NCBI GenBank assembly: GCA_015064125.1
Contig: SVSV01000001.1
Coordinates: forward strand, 3,357-67,356
DNA: 64,000 nucleotides
Origin: Oscillospiraceae bacterium
Lineage (GTDB): Bacteria; Bacillota; Clostridia; Oscillospirales; CAG-272
Reading direction: 5' to 3'
Shown: one piece after another, positions 26,068 through 38,867 of the stretch
Numbering within the stretch: the first letter of the stretch is position 1
How the letters are laid out: each line of letters begins with the position of its first letter
Notes under the pieces: generated by a model
What the model was told of the DNA's origin: nothing
The model's input: the letters and a program-made list of their open reading frames with translations, nothing else
The model's database searches: none
Position numbers and translations under genes: made by a program

Positions 26068-26442
26068 TTACTTTACCGCAATGCACTCGATCTCAAGCTT
26101 TGCGCCCTTCGGGATCGCCGCCACCTGCACACAGCTGCGCGCAGGAAAGGGGGCCTTGAAAAAGCTCTCGTAAATGCCGTTCACGACAGCGAAGTCGGCA
26201 AGGTCGGCAAGAAATACCACGGTTTTTACCACGTTTTCCATACCAACGCCTGCAGCGGCCAGTACGTTCTTGAGGTTGGTCAGTGCCTGCACGGCCTGCT
26301 CCTCAATGCGCTCGGACATCGTGCCCGTTGCGGGGTCGACCGGGATCTGACCCGATACAAACACCATATTGCCAAGGTCAAGCGCCTGCGAATAAGGGCC
26401 GATAGCGGCGGGGGCCTTGTCGGTAGAAATCTGCTTAAACAT
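26068..26442 (-). CDS. ridA: RidA family reactive enamine/imine deaminase
   Basis: YjgF/RidA fold, 124 aa: APAAIGPYSQA, and the C-terminal PARSCVQVAAIPKGAKLEIE. Confidence 0.9.
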   Translation of the reverse strand: MFKQISTDKAPAAIGPYSQALDLGNMVFVSGQIPVDPATGTMSERIEEQAVQALTNLKNVLAAAGVGMENVVKTVVFLADLADFAVVNGIYESFFKAPFPARSCVQVAAIPKGAKLEIECIAVK

Positions 26443-26453
26443 AGCTATACTCC

Positions 26454-27647
26454 TTATACGATTTTAAATCCTGCCTCGGTAAGGGCGGTTTTAATTTCCT
26501 CGATCTGCGCAAAATCACGCGTTTCCATGCCGATCTTCAGGAAGCAGCTGGCAACAGCCATATTGGCATCGGAGCGCTCATGGTGCACGCTGACAACGTT
26601 GCCGCCGCAGCGTGAAATGATGCTGCTGACACCAAGCAGCTGACCGGGCTTATCCTCAAGGGCGATCTGCAGCGTGGCATTACGACCCGTGGTGACAAGA
26701 CCGCGCGTAACCACACGCGACAAAATATTCACGTCAATATTGCCGCCCGAAACTACACAGACCACCTTTTTGCCCTTCACAGGCACCTTATCGAACATCA
26801 CGGCGGCAACACCGACCGCACCTGCTCCCTCTGCCACCAGCTTTTGCTTTTCCATCAGGGTAAGGATCGCGGTAGCGATCTCGTCCTCGCTGACGGTAAC
26901 GACCTCATCAACGTACTCACCGATCAGCTTGAAGGTGTTATCACCCGGGTGCTTGACGGCAATGCCGTCAGCAAAGGTAGAAACCGAATCAAGGGTGATT
27001 TGGCGCCCTTGCTTCAGGCTCTGTGCCATGCTTGCCGCACGCTCTGCCTGCACGCCGTAGACCTTCACCTTAGGATTAAGATGCTTGACGGCATAGGCTA
27101 CGCCTGCGATCAGACCGCCACCGCCGATCGGCACCACAACAGCATCGGCATCGCTCAGCTGCTCTAAAATTTCAAGGCCGATGGTGCCCTGCCCTGCGAT
27201 CACCTCTTCATCGTCAAAGGGGTGAATGAAGGTAGCACCCGTTTCATCGCGCAGCTGGCACGCCTTCTGATAGGCATCGTCGTAAGCACCCGGCACAAGG
27301 CAGGTCTCAGCACCGAACGCCTTCGTTGCCTGCACCTTACTGATGGGGGCGCCGTCGGGCATGCAGATCACACTCTTGATGCCCATCTTCTGGGCGGCAA
27401 GCGCCACACCCTGTGCGTGGTTACCCGCGCTACAGGCAATGATGCCCTTTGCCTTTTCCGCAGCGGAAAGCTGGCTGATCTTATAATAAGCGCCGCGCAC
27501 CTTAAAGCTACCCGTCACCTGCAAATTCTCGGTTTTCAGGTAAAGCTCGCAGTCAGTGCACATATTGCGCGCCTGAATGAGGTCGGTCCTGCGCGCCACG
27601 TCACGAAGCACGAAGGCCGCCTGATAAATCTTATCTAACGTCAGCAT
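26454..27647 (-). CDS. ilvA: threonine ammonia-lyase (biosynthetic, short form with one ACT-like domain)
   Basis: PLP lysine motif TGSFKVRGA, then SAGNHAQG and GGGGL. The C-terminal regulatory domain is present. Confidence 0.9.
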   Translation of the reverse strand: MLTLDKIYQAAFVLRDVARRTDLIQARNMCTDCELYLKTENLQVTGSFKVRGAYYKISQLSAAEKAKGIIACSAGNHAQGVALAAQKMGIKSVICMPDGAPISKVQATKAFGAETCLVPGAYDDAYQKACQLRDETGATFIHPFDDEEVIAGQGTIGLEILEQLSDADAVVVPIGGGGLIAGVAYAVKHLNPKVKVYGVQAERAASMAQSLKQGRQITLDSVSTFADGIAVKHPGDNTFKLIGEYVDEVVTVSEDEIATAILTLMEKQKLVAEGAGAVGVAAVMFDKVPVKGKKVVCVVSGGNIDVNILSRVVTRGLVTTGRNATLQIALEDKPGQLLGVSSIISRCGGNVVSVHHERSDANMAVASCFLKIGMETRDFAQIEEIKTALTEAGFKIV

Positions 27648-27656
27648 AATACCCTC

Positions 27657-28718
27657 TTAAAGCGTTACTCTCCAGCCAAACGGATCGTCAAGCTTACCGG
27701 TCTGGATGCCCGTGATGGTATCGTAGATCTTCTGGCTAAGCACACCGATACCACCGTCGCCGATCGTCATCACGTCGTCCTTATAGCGAAGCTTTCCAAC
27801 AGGAGAGATGACCGCGGCCGTACCCGTGCCGAACACCTCCTCAAGCTTGCCGTTTTTCTGCGCCTCCAGGAGCTCGTCAACCGAGATACGGCGCTCCTCA
27901 CAGGGCACGCCCCAGGATCTCAGCAGCTGCAGCACCGAATTGCGCGTCACACCCGGCAAAATAGAGCCGTTGAGCATGGGTGTTACCACCACGCCGTCGA
28001 TCTTAAAGAAGATGTTCATGGCGCCCACCTCCTCGATATAACGGCGCTCGACACCGTCAAGCCAGAGCACCTGCGAGAAGCCTGCATCGTGTGCCTTTAC
28101 CTGTGCGGCAAGAGAGCAGGCGTAGTTGCCGCCCGTCTTGGCGTAGCCCATGCCGCCCTTCACAGCGCGCACGTAATCATCCTCGATCCAGATACCAACA
28201 GGAGCAAGACCCTCGCTGTAATAAGCACCGCTGGGGGAAAGAATAACCATGAATAAGTAGGTTTTAGAGGGTGCAACGCCAAGGAATGCATCCGTGGCGA
28301 TCACAAAGGGACGGATGTAAAGAGAGGTACCGTCTGCCGTGGGGATCCAATCCTCGTCAACCTTTACCACAGCCTTTACAGCCTCCACAAAAATATCCTC
28401 GGGAATTTCGGGAATGCAAAGACGGCGATTGGACTCATTGGCACGCTGTGCATTTTTCTCGGGGCGGAACAAATAAGTGTTGCCGTCCTCGCCACGGTAG
28501 GCCTTCATGCCCTCAAACATTTCCTGCCCATAGTGGAATACCACACAAGCGGGCGAAAGAGAAATATCGGAAAAGGGCACCACACGCGCATCGTGCCAGC
28601 CCATGCCCTCGGTGTAATTCATCACAAACATATGGTCGGTGAAGATCTTGCCAAAACCAAGGGGGCCTTGGGGCTTTTGCTTAGGGGTCGTCGTTTTCGT
28701 TACTTTTACGTTCAGCAT
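27657..28718 (-). CDS. ilvE: branched-chain amino acid aminotransferase
   Basis: Class-IV aminotransferase, 353 aa: FEGMKAYR, GGNYA, EVGAMNIF, GVTR. Confidence 0.9.
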   Translation of the reverse strand: MLNVKVTKTTTPKQKPQGPLGFGKIFTDHMFVMNYTEGMGWHDARVVPFSDISLSPACVVFHYGQEMFEGMKAYRGEDGNTYLFRPEKNAQRANESNRRLCIPEIPEDIFVEAVKAVVKVDEDWIPTADGTSLYIRPFVIATDAFLGVAPSKTYLFMVILSPSGAYYSEGLAPVGIWIEDDYVRAVKGGMGYAKTGGNYACSLAAQVKAHDAGFSQVLWLDGVERRYIEEVGAMNIFFKIDGVVVTPMLNGSILPGVTRNSVLQLLRSWGVPCEERRISVDELLEAQKNGKLEEVFGTGTAAVISPVGKLRYKDDVMTIGDGGIGVLSQKIYDTITGIQTGKLDDPFGWRVTL

Positions 28719-28721
28719 CTC

Positions 28722-29795
28722 TTAGATCCTTTCCATGATAAGTTTAGTCATGGCGGTACAGGTGAGAGGTTCCTTGGTGGAATCGGTCAGAATATCCGCC
28801 GTGCGGTAGCCGTCTTCGATCACGCTGTTGACGGCGTTTTCAATGGCATCGGCCTCCGCGATGAGGTCAAACGAATAACGCAGCATCATCGCAGCGGAAA
28901 GAATGGTGGCAATGGGGTTTGCCTTATTCTGACCCGCGATGTCGGGTGCGGAGCCGTGGATCGGCTCGTAAAGACCGCACTTGGTGGCGCCAAGCGAGGC
29001 AGAGGCCAAAAGCCCGATCGAGCCCGTGATCTGCGAGGCCTCGTCGGAGAGAATATCACCGAACATATTCGAGGTCACCACCACGTCAAAGCGCGAGGGA
29101 TCGCGGATCAGCTGCATTGCGGCATTATCGACCAGCATATCCGAAACCTCCACGTCGGGATATTCGGCGGCGATACGGTGCACCGTCTCACGCCACAGGC
29201 GTGAGGTCTCCAGCACATTAGCCTTGTCAATGCTCACCACGTTTTTGCGACGCTTTCTTGCAGTTTCAAAGGCCACGCGTGCAATACGCTCAACCTCCGT
29301 TACGCTATACGCCTCAGTGTCATAGGCCTCGGGGCCGTATTTGCCCTCACGGCGACCGCGCTCTCCAAAATAAATGCCACCCGTCAGCTCGCGCACAATG
29401 ACAAGGTCAAAGCCGCGGTCGATGATATCGGGGCGCAGGGCGCAAGCGCCCTTCAATGCAGGAAAAATGCGGGCAGGGCGCAGGTTGGTATAAAGACCGA
29501 GTGCTGCGCGAAGCCCAAGCAATGCCTTTTCGGGGCGGATATTGCCGGGGAGCGTATCCCACTTGGGGCCACCCACGGCACCAAGCAGAACACTGTCGCT
29601 GTTCTTGCAGCCCTCAACAGTCTCCTCAGGCAGAGGCTTACCACAGGCATCAATGGCACAGCCTCCTGCAAGGTACGGGGTAAATTCAAAATGATGGCCG
29701 AACCTCTCACCGATCTTTTCAAGCACCGCCACGGCGCTCTCAACGATCTCAGGGCCGATACCGTCACCCTTTACCAGTGCTATACGGTAGGTCAT
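28722..29795 (-). CDS. leuB: 3-isopropylmalate dehydrogenase
   Basis: [21 protein letters not shown] and [12 protein letters not shown]. Confidence 0.95.
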   Translation of the reverse strand: MTYRIALVKGDGIGPEIVESAVAVLEKIGERFGHHFEFTPYLAGGCAIDACGKPLPEETVEGCKNSDSVLLGAVGGPKWDTLPGNIRPEKALLGLRAALGLYTNLRPARIFPALKGACALRPDIIDRGFDLVIVRELTGGIYFGERGRREGKYGPEAYDTEAYSVTEVERIARVAFETARKRRKNVVSIDKANVLETSRLWRETVHRIAAEYPDVEVSDMLVDNAAMQLIRDPSRFDVVVTSNMFGDILSDEASQITGSIGLLASASLGATKCGLYEPIHGSAPDIAGQNKANPIATILSAAMMLRYSFDLIAEADAIENAVNSVIEDGYRTADILTDSTKEPLTCTAMTKLIMERI

Positions 29796-30295
29796 TTGGC
29801 GGCACCTCCCTTTTGCTTTGCTACAAGATAAGGCAAAAGACCGCCGTTTTCAATAATGCGGTTGATAAACGCAGGGAAAGGCGTTGCCTGAAATTCCTCA
29901 CCCGTGGTGAGGTTTTTGATCACTCCCTTATCGGCATCAACGCTGACACGGTCTCCCTTTTTGATGCTTTTTGCCGCCTCAGCACACTCTAAGATCGGGA
30001 AACCGATATTGATGGCGTTGCGGTAAAAGATACGGGCAAAGCTGGCGGCGATCACGCAGGAAATGCCGCTGGCGCGAATGGCGATCGGCGCGTGCTCACG
30101 CGAGGAGCCGCAGCCGAAGTTTTCGCCACCCACCATGATATCCCCGGGGGTGACTTCCTTTACAAATTCGGTATCAATATCCTCCATGCAGTGCTTGGCA
30201 AGCTCCTCGGCAGAGGGGGCGTTGAGGTAACGTGCAGGGATAATGACGTCAGTATCGACGTTGTCGCCGTAGCAGAATGCTTTTCCTTGATACAT
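29792..30295 (-). CDS. leuD: 3-isopropylmalate dehydratase small subunit
   Basis: [13 protein letters not shown] swivel-domain motif. There is a 4-nt overlap with leuB. Confidence 0.9.
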   Translation of the reverse strand: MYQGKAFCYGDNVDTDVIIPARYLNAPSAEELAKHCMEDIDTEFVKEVTPGDIMVGGENFGCGSSREHAPIAIRASGISCVIAASFARIFYRNAINIGFPILECAEAAKSIKKGDRVSVDADKGVIKNLTTGEEFQATPFPAFINRIIENGGLLPYLVAKQKGGAAK

Positions 30296-30298
30296 TTC

Positions 30299-31564
30299 TT
30301 ACACCTCCATATCGTAGGGTGATGCCACAGCACCGCACACAGCAGAGGCGGCAGCCACAGCAGGGCTGGCGAGAATGACCTCGCTCTTTACGTGACCCAT
30401 ACGCCCGACAAAGTTGCGGTTGGTGGTGGCAACGGCACGCTCGCCTGCCGCCATGCAGCCCATATGACCGCCAAGGCAGGGGCCACACGTAGGTGTGGAA
30501 ACGGCACACCCGGCCTCAATAAAGATTTCGGTCAAGCCTTCCTTAATAGACTGCAGGTAAATCGCCTCGGTTGCGGGAATAACGATGCAACGCACACCCT
30601 TTGCCACCTTTTTACCCTTCAGAATGGCAGCGGCAGCACGCAGGTCGCCAATGCGGCCGTTGGTGCAGGAGCCGATGACCACCTGATCAATGGGCAAGCC
30701 CTTCACCTCGTCAACAGTCTTGGTGTTAGAGGGCAGATGGGGCAACGAGACCGTCGGCTGCAGGGTATCAAGGTCGATCACGACCTCGCTTTCATACACC
30801 GCATCCTCGTCAGCCTCAAACACGTGCACAGGGCGCGTGAAACGACCCGTTACGTATGCCATCGTCTGCTCGTCAACCGGGAAAATGCCGTTTTTGGCAC
30901 CTGCCTCGATCGCCATATTGGCAATGGCAAAGCGATCATCCATCGTGAGAGCCTTTACGCCCTCACCAACAAATTCAAGCGACTTATACAGTGCCCCGTC
31001 AACGCCGATGCGGCCGATCAGGTGCAGGATCACGTCCTTGCCGCTGACAAAGGGCTGCAATTTGCCCTTCAGCACGACCTTGATGGCGGCGGGCACCTTG
31101 AACCAGTTTTCGCCCGTTGCCATACCTGCGGCCATATCGGTGGAGCCTACACCCGTAGAAAAGGCACCAAGCGCACCGTACGTGCAGGTATGGGAGTCAG
31201 CACCGATAATAAGATCACCGGGGCCGACAATGCCCTTCTCGGGCAGGAGCGCGTGCTCAATGCCCACAGCTCCCACGTCGTAGAAGTGCGTAATATCAAA
31301 GCGCTTTGCAAAGCTTCTGGCCGTTGCGCAAAGCTCAGCGGACTTAATGTCCTTACAGGGCGTGTAGTGGTCAAGCACGATAGCGATCTTATCCTTGTCA
31401 AATACGCTCGTGAACCCTGCCTTATCAAACACGTCAACCGCGACGGGCGTGGTGACATCGTTGCCCAGCACGATATCAAGCCTTGCCTCGATCAGGTCGC
31501 CTGCCTTTACCGAAGGCAAGCCTGCGTGTGCGGCAAGAATTTTTTGTGTCATTGTCATGCCCAT
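30299..31564 (-). CDS. leuC: 3-isopropylmalate dehydratase large subunit
   Basis: Aconitase family: [26 protein letters not shown]. Confidence 0.95.
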   Translation of the reverse strand: MGMTMTQKILAAHAGLPSVKAGDLIEARLDIVLGNDVTTPVAVDVFDKAGFTSVFDKDKIAIVLDHYTPCKDIKSAELCATARSFAKRFDITHFYDVGAVGIEHALLPEKGIVGPGDLIIGADSHTCTYGALGAFSTGVGSTDMAAGMATGENWFKVPAAIKVVLKGKLQPFVSGKDVILHLIGRIGVDGALYKSLEFVGEGVKALTMDDRFAIANMAIEAGAKNGIFPVDEQTMAYVTGRFTRPVHVFEADEDAVYESEVVIDLDTLQPTVSLPHLPSNTKTVDEVKGLPIDQVVIGSCTNGRIGDLRAAAAILKGKKVAKGVRCIVIPATEAIYLQSIKEGLTEIFIEAGCAVSTPTCGPCLGGHMGCMAAGERAVATTNRNFVGRMGHVKSEVILASPAVAAASAVCGAVASPYDMEV

Positions 31565-31566
31565 TA

Positions 31567-33105
31567 TTATGCCCCCTTTGCCTGCTCTATGGCATATTGC
31601 ATTTTGTTAATGGCGTTCAGATACGCGAGGATAGAGGCCTCGATAATATCGGTAGAAAGGCCCTTACCCGTGTAGGTGCGATTGCCTGCGGCAAGACGCA
31701 CGGTAACGTCACCAAGGGTATCCTTACCCTCGGAAATAGAGTGAATGGTATAGGTTTTAAAGGTGTGCTCCTCGGGATTGACGATCTTATCAATGGCCTT
31801 GAACGAGGCATCGATCGGACCGTCACCAAGGCTGACCTCCTCAAACTTCTCGCCGTCGCGCGTCAGCACCACGGTGCTTGTCGAGGTGGTAAAGTTACTG
31901 GTATGCACTACAAAGCGATCAAGCTTGAAGCCTGCGTCCTCGGGCATATCACCGACGGTGGTCTTGTGAAGCACAATAGCCTCAATGTCCTCGTCGCTGA
32001 TGCTCTTTTTCTTATCGCAAAGCACCTTGAATTCCTCGAAGCAGGTCATAAGCTCCTCAGCGGACAGGTGATAGCCAAGCTCAATGAGGCGGCTTTCAAA
32101 CGCATGCTTGCCCGAATGCTTACCCAGCACGAGATTCTTTGCTACGATGCCGACAGACTCGGGGGTGAGGATCTCATAGGTCTGCTTGTTGGCAAGCACA
32201 CCGTGCTGATGAATCCCCGATTCGTGCAGGAACGCATTTTTGCCGACGATAGGCTTGTTGAGGGGCGCGTTTTGACCGATGATATTATAAACGGTCTTGC
32301 TCGCACGCGAAATACGCGTGGTTTCAATGCCCGTGCCGACACCGTAAAGATCAGGACGGGTATGCAGCGCCATAACGACCTCCTCAAGGGCGGTGTTGCC
32401 CGCACGCTCACCAAGACCGTTGACGGTGCATTCGATCTGACGGGCACCGCCAAGAACGCCCGCCAAAGAATTTGCCACAGCCATACCAAGGTCGTTGTGG
32501 CAGTGCACTGAAAACTCGGCGCGCCCCTGATAGTTGGTGTGCCTTACCATGTACTCGATAAGCGCACGCATCTCGTTGGGGGTGGTGTAGCCGACCGTGT
32601 CGGGGAGGTTGATGACGGTAGCGCCGTTATCAATGGCGATATTTACGACTTTTGCTAAGAACTCCCAATCCGAGCGTGTCGCATCCTCTGCGGAAAACTC
32701 AATGTTCGAGCAATACTTGCGCGCATACGCAACCATTGCGGCAGTCTTCTCAAGCACCTGCTCAGGGGTCATACGCAGCTTATATTCCATATGTAAGGGA
32801 GAGGTCGCAATAAACAAATGAATACGCGGATCGGCGGCCACTCTTACGGCCTCCCACGCGGCATCGATATCCTTAGCGGTCGAGCGCGCGAGTGAAGCAA
32901 CGCTACAATTCTTAACTGCCTTGGCGATCGATTGCACCGATTCAAAGTCACCGGGGGAGGAGATGGCAAAGCCCGCCTCGATCACGTCGACCTTCATCAG
33001 CTCCAGCTGCCTGGCAACCTCAATTTTCTCGCCAAGGTTCATGCTGCACCCGGGTGACTGCTCACCGTCGCGCAGGGTCGTGTCAAATATTTTTACTCGT
33101 TCCAT
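31567..33105 (-). CDS. leuA: 2-isopropylmalate synthase
   Basis: [14 protein letters not shown] and [12 protein letters not shown], with a C-terminal LeuA regulatory domain. Confidence 0.95.
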   Translation of the reverse strand: MERVKIFDTTLRDGEQSPGCSMNLGEKIEVARQLELMKVDVIEAGFAISSPGDFESVQSIAKAVKNCSVASLARSTAKDIDAAWEAVRVAADPRIHLFIATSPLHMEYKLRMTPEQVLEKTAAMVAYARKYCSNIEFSAEDATRSDWEFLAKVVNIAIDNGATVINLPDTVGYTTPNEMRALIEYMVRHTNYQGRAEFSVHCHNDLGMAVANSLAGVLGGARQIECTVNGLGERAGNTALEEVVMALHTRPDLYGVGTGIETTRISRASKTVYNIIGQNAPLNKPIVGKNAFLHESGIHQHGVLANKQTYEILTPESVGIVAKNLVLGKHSGKHAFESRLIELGYHLSAEELMTCFEEFKVLCDKKKSISDEDIEAIVLHKTTVGDMPEDAGFKLDRFVVHTSNFTTSTSTVVLTRDGEKFEEVSLGDGPIDASFKAIDKIVNPEEHTFKTYTIHSISEGKDTLGDVTVRLAAGNRTYTGKGLSTDIIEASILAYLNAINKMQYAIEQAKGA

Positions 33106-33124
33106 AAAATACTCCTAAAATTGC

Positions 33125-34789
33125 TTATACCGTAAGGATCGCGCCCTTGTCAGCGGAAGACACCAGCTTTGCGTAACGGGCAAGATATCCGGTCTTCACC
33201 TTTGGCTCGGGTGCCACCCAGGCGGCACGGCGAGCGGCCAGCTCCCCGTCATCGACCAGGAGCCTGATGCTGCATTCCTTGATGTTGATGGCAATGCGGT
33301 CGCCCTCCTGCACCAGTGCAATGTTACCGCCTGCGGCAGCCTCGGGGCTGACGTGACCGATCGATGCGCCACGGGTCGCACCCGAAAAGCGGCCGTCGGT
33401 GATCAATGCCACGCTCTCACCAAGGCCCATGCCGCAAATAGCGGAGGTGGGATTCAGCATCTCACGCATGCCCGGGCCACCCTTGGGGCCCTCGTAACGG
33501 ATCACGACCACGTCACCCGCCACGATCTTGCCTGCATAAATGGCAGCAATCGCCTCATCCTCCGAGTCAAATACACGGGCAGGGCCCTCGTGCACCATCA
33601 TTTCAGGCGCCACGGCCGACTGCTTTACCACGCACCCGTCGGGTGCAAGATTGCCCTTCAGAACGGCAATGCCGCCGTTTTCGGAATAGGGGTTATCGAT
33701 CGGGCGAATGATCGCGGTGTCGCGGTTCACCACGCCCTCAAGATTTTCAGCAAGCGTTTTACCCGTAACCGTCATCACAGAGGTGTCAAGCAGCTGCTTT
33801 TTGGTCAGCTCCTTCATCACGGCCCACACACCGCCTGCGCGGTCAAGGTCCTCCATATAGGTGTCGCCTGCGGGGGCAAGATGGCAAAGGTTCGGGGTCT
33901 GCTGGCTGATGGCGTTAGACATATCAAGACTGATCTCAACCCCTGCCTCGTGTGCGATGGCAGGCAGATGAAGCATCGTGTTGGTCGAGCAGCCGAGCGC
34001 CATATCCACGGTTTCGGCATTATGGAAGGCCGCCTCTGTCATGATGTCACGCGGACGGATATTTTTCTCGATCAGCTCCATGATCTTCATGCCTGCGTGC
34101 TTGGCAAGGCGGATACGGGCAGAAAGGGGCGCGGGCACCGTGCCGTTGCCCGAAAGTGCCATGCCGATGGCCTCGGTAAGGCAGTTCATGGAGTTGGCGG
34201 TATACATGCCCGAGCAGGAGCCGCAGCTGGGGCAGGCGTTTTCGGTATAATCCCTTACCTGCTCCTCATCGATCGTACCTGCCTTGTAGGCGCCAACCGC
34301 CTCAAACATGTGGCTCAGACACGTGCGGCGACCGTCCTGCAGACGGCCTGCCAGCATCGGGCCACCCGAGCAGAAGATAGTGGGAATATTGAGGCGTGCC
34401 GCAGCCATCAAAAGGCCCGGTACGTTTTTGTCGCAGTTGGGGATCATTACAAGGCCGTCAAACTGGTGCGCGGTGACCATCGCCTCGGTAGAATCAGCGA
34501 TCAGGTCACGCGTCACAAGCGAATACTTCATGCCTACGTGCCCCATGGCGATCCCGTCGCAAACAGCGATCGCAGGAAACATGATGGGCGTGCCGCCTGC
34601 GGCACGGATACCCGCCTTTACGGCCTCAGCGATCTTATCAAGATGCATATGCCCGGGTACGATCTCATTATGAGAGCAGACCACGCCCACAAGCGGCTGT
34701 GCCAGCTCCTCATCGGTGTAGCCAAGCGCATACAGAAGACTGCGGTTCGGGGTGCGTTCAACGCCCTTTTTGATCTGGTCGGAATTCAT
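33125..34789 (-). CDS. ilvD: dihydroxy-acid dehydratase
   Basis: Start is ATG 34789 (MNSDQIKKG...) with GGAGG upstream. Contains [24 protein letters not shown] and [12 protein letters not shown]. Confidence 0.95.
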   Translation of the reverse strand: MNSDQIKKGVERTPNRSLLYALGYTDEELAQPLVGVVCSHNEIVPGHMHLDKIAEAVKAGIRAAGGTPIMFPAIAVCDGIAMGHVGMKYSLVTRDLIADSTEAMVTAHQFDGLVMIPNCDKNVPGLLMAAARLNIPTIFCSGGPMLAGRLQDGRRTCLSHMFEAVGAYKAGTIDEEQVRDYTENACPSCGSCSGMYTANSMNCLTEAIGMALSGNGTVPAPLSARIRLAKHAGMKIMELIEKNIRPRDIMTEAAFHNAETVDMALGCSTNTMLHLPAIAHEAGVEISLDMSNAISQQTPNLCHLAPAGDTYMEDLDRAGGVWAVMKELTKKQLLDTSVMTVTGKTLAENLEGVVNRDTAIIRPIDNPYSENGGIAVLKGNLAPDGCVVKQSAVAPEMMVHEGPARVFDSEDEAIAAIYAGKIVAGDVVVIRYEGPKGGPGMREMLNPTSAICGMGLGESVALITDGRFSGATRGASIGHVSPEAAAGGNIALVQEGDRIAINIKECSIRLLVDDGELAARRAAWVAPEPKVKTGYLARYAKLVSSADKGAILTV

Positions 34790-34892
34790 TTTAAAAAACC
34801 TCCGTGAGGAAAAATTTTGTGAAAACAGATTTTCTCTTGGAATATCGCTTGTCATACAAACGGTATTGCAGCAAAAAATCTATTAAGCCGCA

Positions 34893-35296
34893 CAAAGCTA
34901 CCCAAGGCGGTGCAGATGTGGATGCGGAGTGCCACTGCGTGGGGCGACGGTGTAGTAACACTCTGTGCCCTGTAGCAAGGGATACTATACTCCAAATATA
35001 CCCAAGGCGGTGCAGATTTCTCCAAATATGCCCAAGGCGGTGCAGATTTGGATGCAGAGCGCCGCTGCGTGGGGCGACGGTGTAGTAAACACTCTGAGCC
35101 CTGTAGCAAGGGATACTATACTCCAAATATACCCAAGGCGGTGCAGATTTCTCCAAATATGCCCAAGGCGGTGCAGATTTCTCCAAATATGCCCAAGGCG
35201 GTGCAGATTTGGATGCAGAGCGCCGCTGCGTGGGGCGACGGTGTAGTAACTACTCCGAGCCCCACGCAGGGGATGCTATGCGCCAAATATGCCCGT
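34893..35296. repeat. nested direct-repeat array in the ilvC-ilvD spacer (30-bp unit A x5 plus 2 partial; ~70-bp unit B x3)
   Basis: Unit A is CTCCAAATAT[A/G]CCCAAGGCGGTGCAGATTT at 34990, 35020, 35121, 35151 and 35181. Unit B is at 34920-34989, 35050-35120 and 35211-35280. The order is A'B / AAB / AAAB / A''. Confidence 0.95.
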
Positions 35297-35297
35297 C

Positions 35298-36852
<1,555 letters not shown>

Positions 36853-36866
36853 CGCTTTTCCTCCTT

Positions 36867-38576
36867 TCAGCTGAGCAAGAAATCGGTAATATGAGAGCCG
36901 CCGCCAACCATCGGACGTACCTTTTCGTCCATATCGATGGCACAGTCAATGACGTATCCGTGGCCGCACTGCATCGCTTCAGCGATCGCCGCCTCAAGCT
37001 CGGTGACGTTTGAAACGTGCGCACCGCCAAGCCCGTATGCCTTGGCAAGCGCAACAAAGTCGGGACCGCGGTCGGTAAGCGTGGTTTGGGAATAGCGCTT
37101 GTCGTAGATCAGCGTCTGCCACTGACGCACCATGCCAAGCGTCTTGTTATTAAACACAAAAGTGATGATCGGCACACCGTAATTCTGCACCGTGGCAAGC
37201 TCATTGCAGTTCATGCGGAAGCTGCCGTCGCCCGTAATGTGAATGACGGTCTTGTCGGGGTTGCCGACCTTTGCGCCGATGGCGGCACCCAGACCAAAGC
37301 CCATCGTGCCAAAGCCGCCCGAGGTCAGGAGCTGACCGGGATAATCAAAGCGGAAGTGCTGGATCGACCACATCTGATGCTGCCCCACGTCAGTTGCCAC
37401 CACGGTATTCTGCGGCAGAAGCTTTGCAATCGAGGAAAGTATCTGCTTGGGCGTCAGCGTATCGGTCGCATCATCGTACTCGGTCTCAGTCTTAAAGGAG
37501 AATACGTATTTCTTCCAGTCGCTGTGATCGGCAGGCGAGATCATCTCATTGAGGCGTGCCAGCACACGCTTCGCATCGCCCACGATGTGATGGTCGGTAT
37601 GTACGTTTTTGTTGATCTCGGCACGGTCGATATCGATGTGAACGATCTTTGCCTGCTTGGCAAAGGTCTTGGGGGCAAGCGCCACACGGTCGGAGAAGCG
37701 GCAGCCAACGGAGATCAGCAGGTCACACGCATCGCACGCCATATTGGAGGCCTGCGTGCCGTGCATACCGATCATACCGGTTGCCAGGGGATTGCGGCCG
37801 CAAATACCGCCCGCACCCATCAGAGTGATCGCCACGGGAGAATCGATCTTTTCAGCGAACTCCAGAAACTCCTTGTGTGCTCTGCCTCGCACCACACCGC
37901 CGCCGCAGATCAGCAGGGGCTTTTTGGAGGCGTGGATCATATCCACCAGCGTTTGCAGGTCCTTTTCATCAACCTCGGGGGCCTTGAAGTCCTGCGAGGA
38001 GCGACGCATCATAGCGCCAAGCTTGCCCTCAGCATAATGCTGCTCGGTGGGAAGGGGTGTAAACTCGGTCTTCTCCCCCGTCGCATTTTTAAGAATATCA
38101 ATAAATACAGGCCCGGGACGACCGCTCTTGGCGATCGCGAAGGCGGCACGCACGGTATCGGCCAGCTTTTCCACCGAATCCACGATATAATTGCATTTGG
38201 TGATGGGCATGGTAATACCCGTAATATCGACCTCCTGGAAGGAATCCTTACCGATCAGGTTGCGCGCCACGTTGCAGGAAATAAACACAACAGGAGAAGA
38301 ATCCATGTGTGCCGTTGCAATGCCGGTGGTGAGGTTGGTGGCACCGGGGCCCGAGGTCGCAAAGCATACGCCTACCTTGCCCGTGCTGCGTGCGTAGCCG
38401 TCAGCTGCGTGTGCGGCGCCCTGCTCGTGTGCGGTCAATACGTGATTGATCCTGTCGCCGTAGCGATACAGCGCGTCATACACGTTGAGGATCGTGCCGC
38501 CCGGATAACCGAATACGGTATCGACCTCCTGCTCAAGCAGGCATTCCATCAAAATTTGTGCGCCTGTTAATTTCAT
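36867..38576 (-). CDS. ilvB: acetolactate synthase large subunit
   Basis: ATG 38576 (MKLTGAQ...) with AGGAGG 8 nt upstream. ThDP enzyme motifs GYPGGTIL and GTMGFGLGAAIGA...GDGSF. Confidence 0.95.
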   Translation of the reverse strand: MKLTGAQILMECLLEQEVDTVFGYPGGTILNVYDALYRYGDRINHVLTAHEQGAAHAADGYARSTGKVGVCFATSGPGATNLTTGIATAHMDSSPVVFISCNVARNLIGKDSFQEVDITGITMPITKCNYIVDSVEKLADTVRAAFAIAKSGRPGPVFIDILKNATGEKTEFTPLPTEQHYAEGKLGAMMRRSSQDFKAPEVDEKDLQTLVDMIHASKKPLLICGGGVVRGRAHKEFLEFAEKIDSPVAITLMGAGGICGRNPLATGMIGMHGTQASNMACDACDLLISVGCRFSDRVALAPKTFAKQAKIVHIDIDRAEINKNVHTDHHIVGDAKRVLARLNEMISPADHSDWKKYVFSFKTETEYDDATDTLTPKQILSSIAKLLPQNTVVATDVGQHQMWSIQHFRFDYPGQLLTSGGFGTMGFGLGAAIGAKVGNPDKTVIHITGDGSFRMNCNELATVQNYGVPIITFVFNNKTLGMVRQWQTLIYDKRYSQTTLTDRGPDFVALAKAYGLGGAHVSNVTELEAAIAEAMQCGHGYVIDCAIDMDEKVRPMVGGGSHITDFLLS

Positions 38577-38595
38577 CGTCAAACCCTCCTATGGG

Positions 38596-38638
38596 AAAAT
38601 AAAAACCCTACGTTCTGAAAGTTCAGACCGTAAGGTTT
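38596..38638 (-). terminator. intrinsic terminator (attenuator) immediately upstream of the ilvB RBS
   Basis: RNA sequence is AAACCUUACGGUCUGA-ACUU-UCAGAACGUAGGGUUU, a 16-position stem with 1 mismatch and 1 G-U pair, followed by UUAUUUU. It ends 5 nt before AGGAGG. Confidence 0.8.
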
Positions 38639-38702
38639 ACATTCAAAATCTTTCACAACCATTTTACAAGCAGGATATTTTTATCTTCTTACTCCTGTCC
38701 TG

Positions 38703-38834
38703 TCAAACAGCTGAGGTTTTGTAAAACCGGGCGCAACTTTCAGCACTATTCTGGTCAGCCACAACGACTAGCGAAATTAGACCTAGAATAGCGCCCACAA
38801 TGGCTATATTGATCACACAAGCGATAGTAGCCAT
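38703..38834 (-). CDS. candidate ilv-leu leader peptide (43 aa, Ile/Val/Leu-rich)
   Basis: GAGGTG lies 6 nt before ATG 38834. The peptide is MATIACVINIAIVGAILGLISLVVVADQNSAESCARFYKTSAV. It sits between a consensus promoter and the terminator. All Leu codons are CUA and one Ile codon is AUA. Confidence 0.5.
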   Translation of the reverse strand: MATIACVINIAIVGAILGLISLVVVADQNSAESCARFYKTSAV

Positions 38835-38867
38835 GCTGCACCTCACGTTTAATAATAATATGTTGCT

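Noticed and set aside
34893-35296. Interpreting the repeat array as a CRISPR locus.
   Set aside because: The 30-bp units are directly adjacent, with no unique spacers. The intervening ~70-bp segments are themselves repeated three times. There are no cas genes in the window.
38583-38861. A T-box riboswitch upstream of ilvB.
   Set aside because: I read the whole leader on the transcribed strand. There is no GGUGGNACCGCG-type T-box sequence, and no AGAGA or GNUGGA stem I features. A translated BCAA-rich ORF occupies the space instead.
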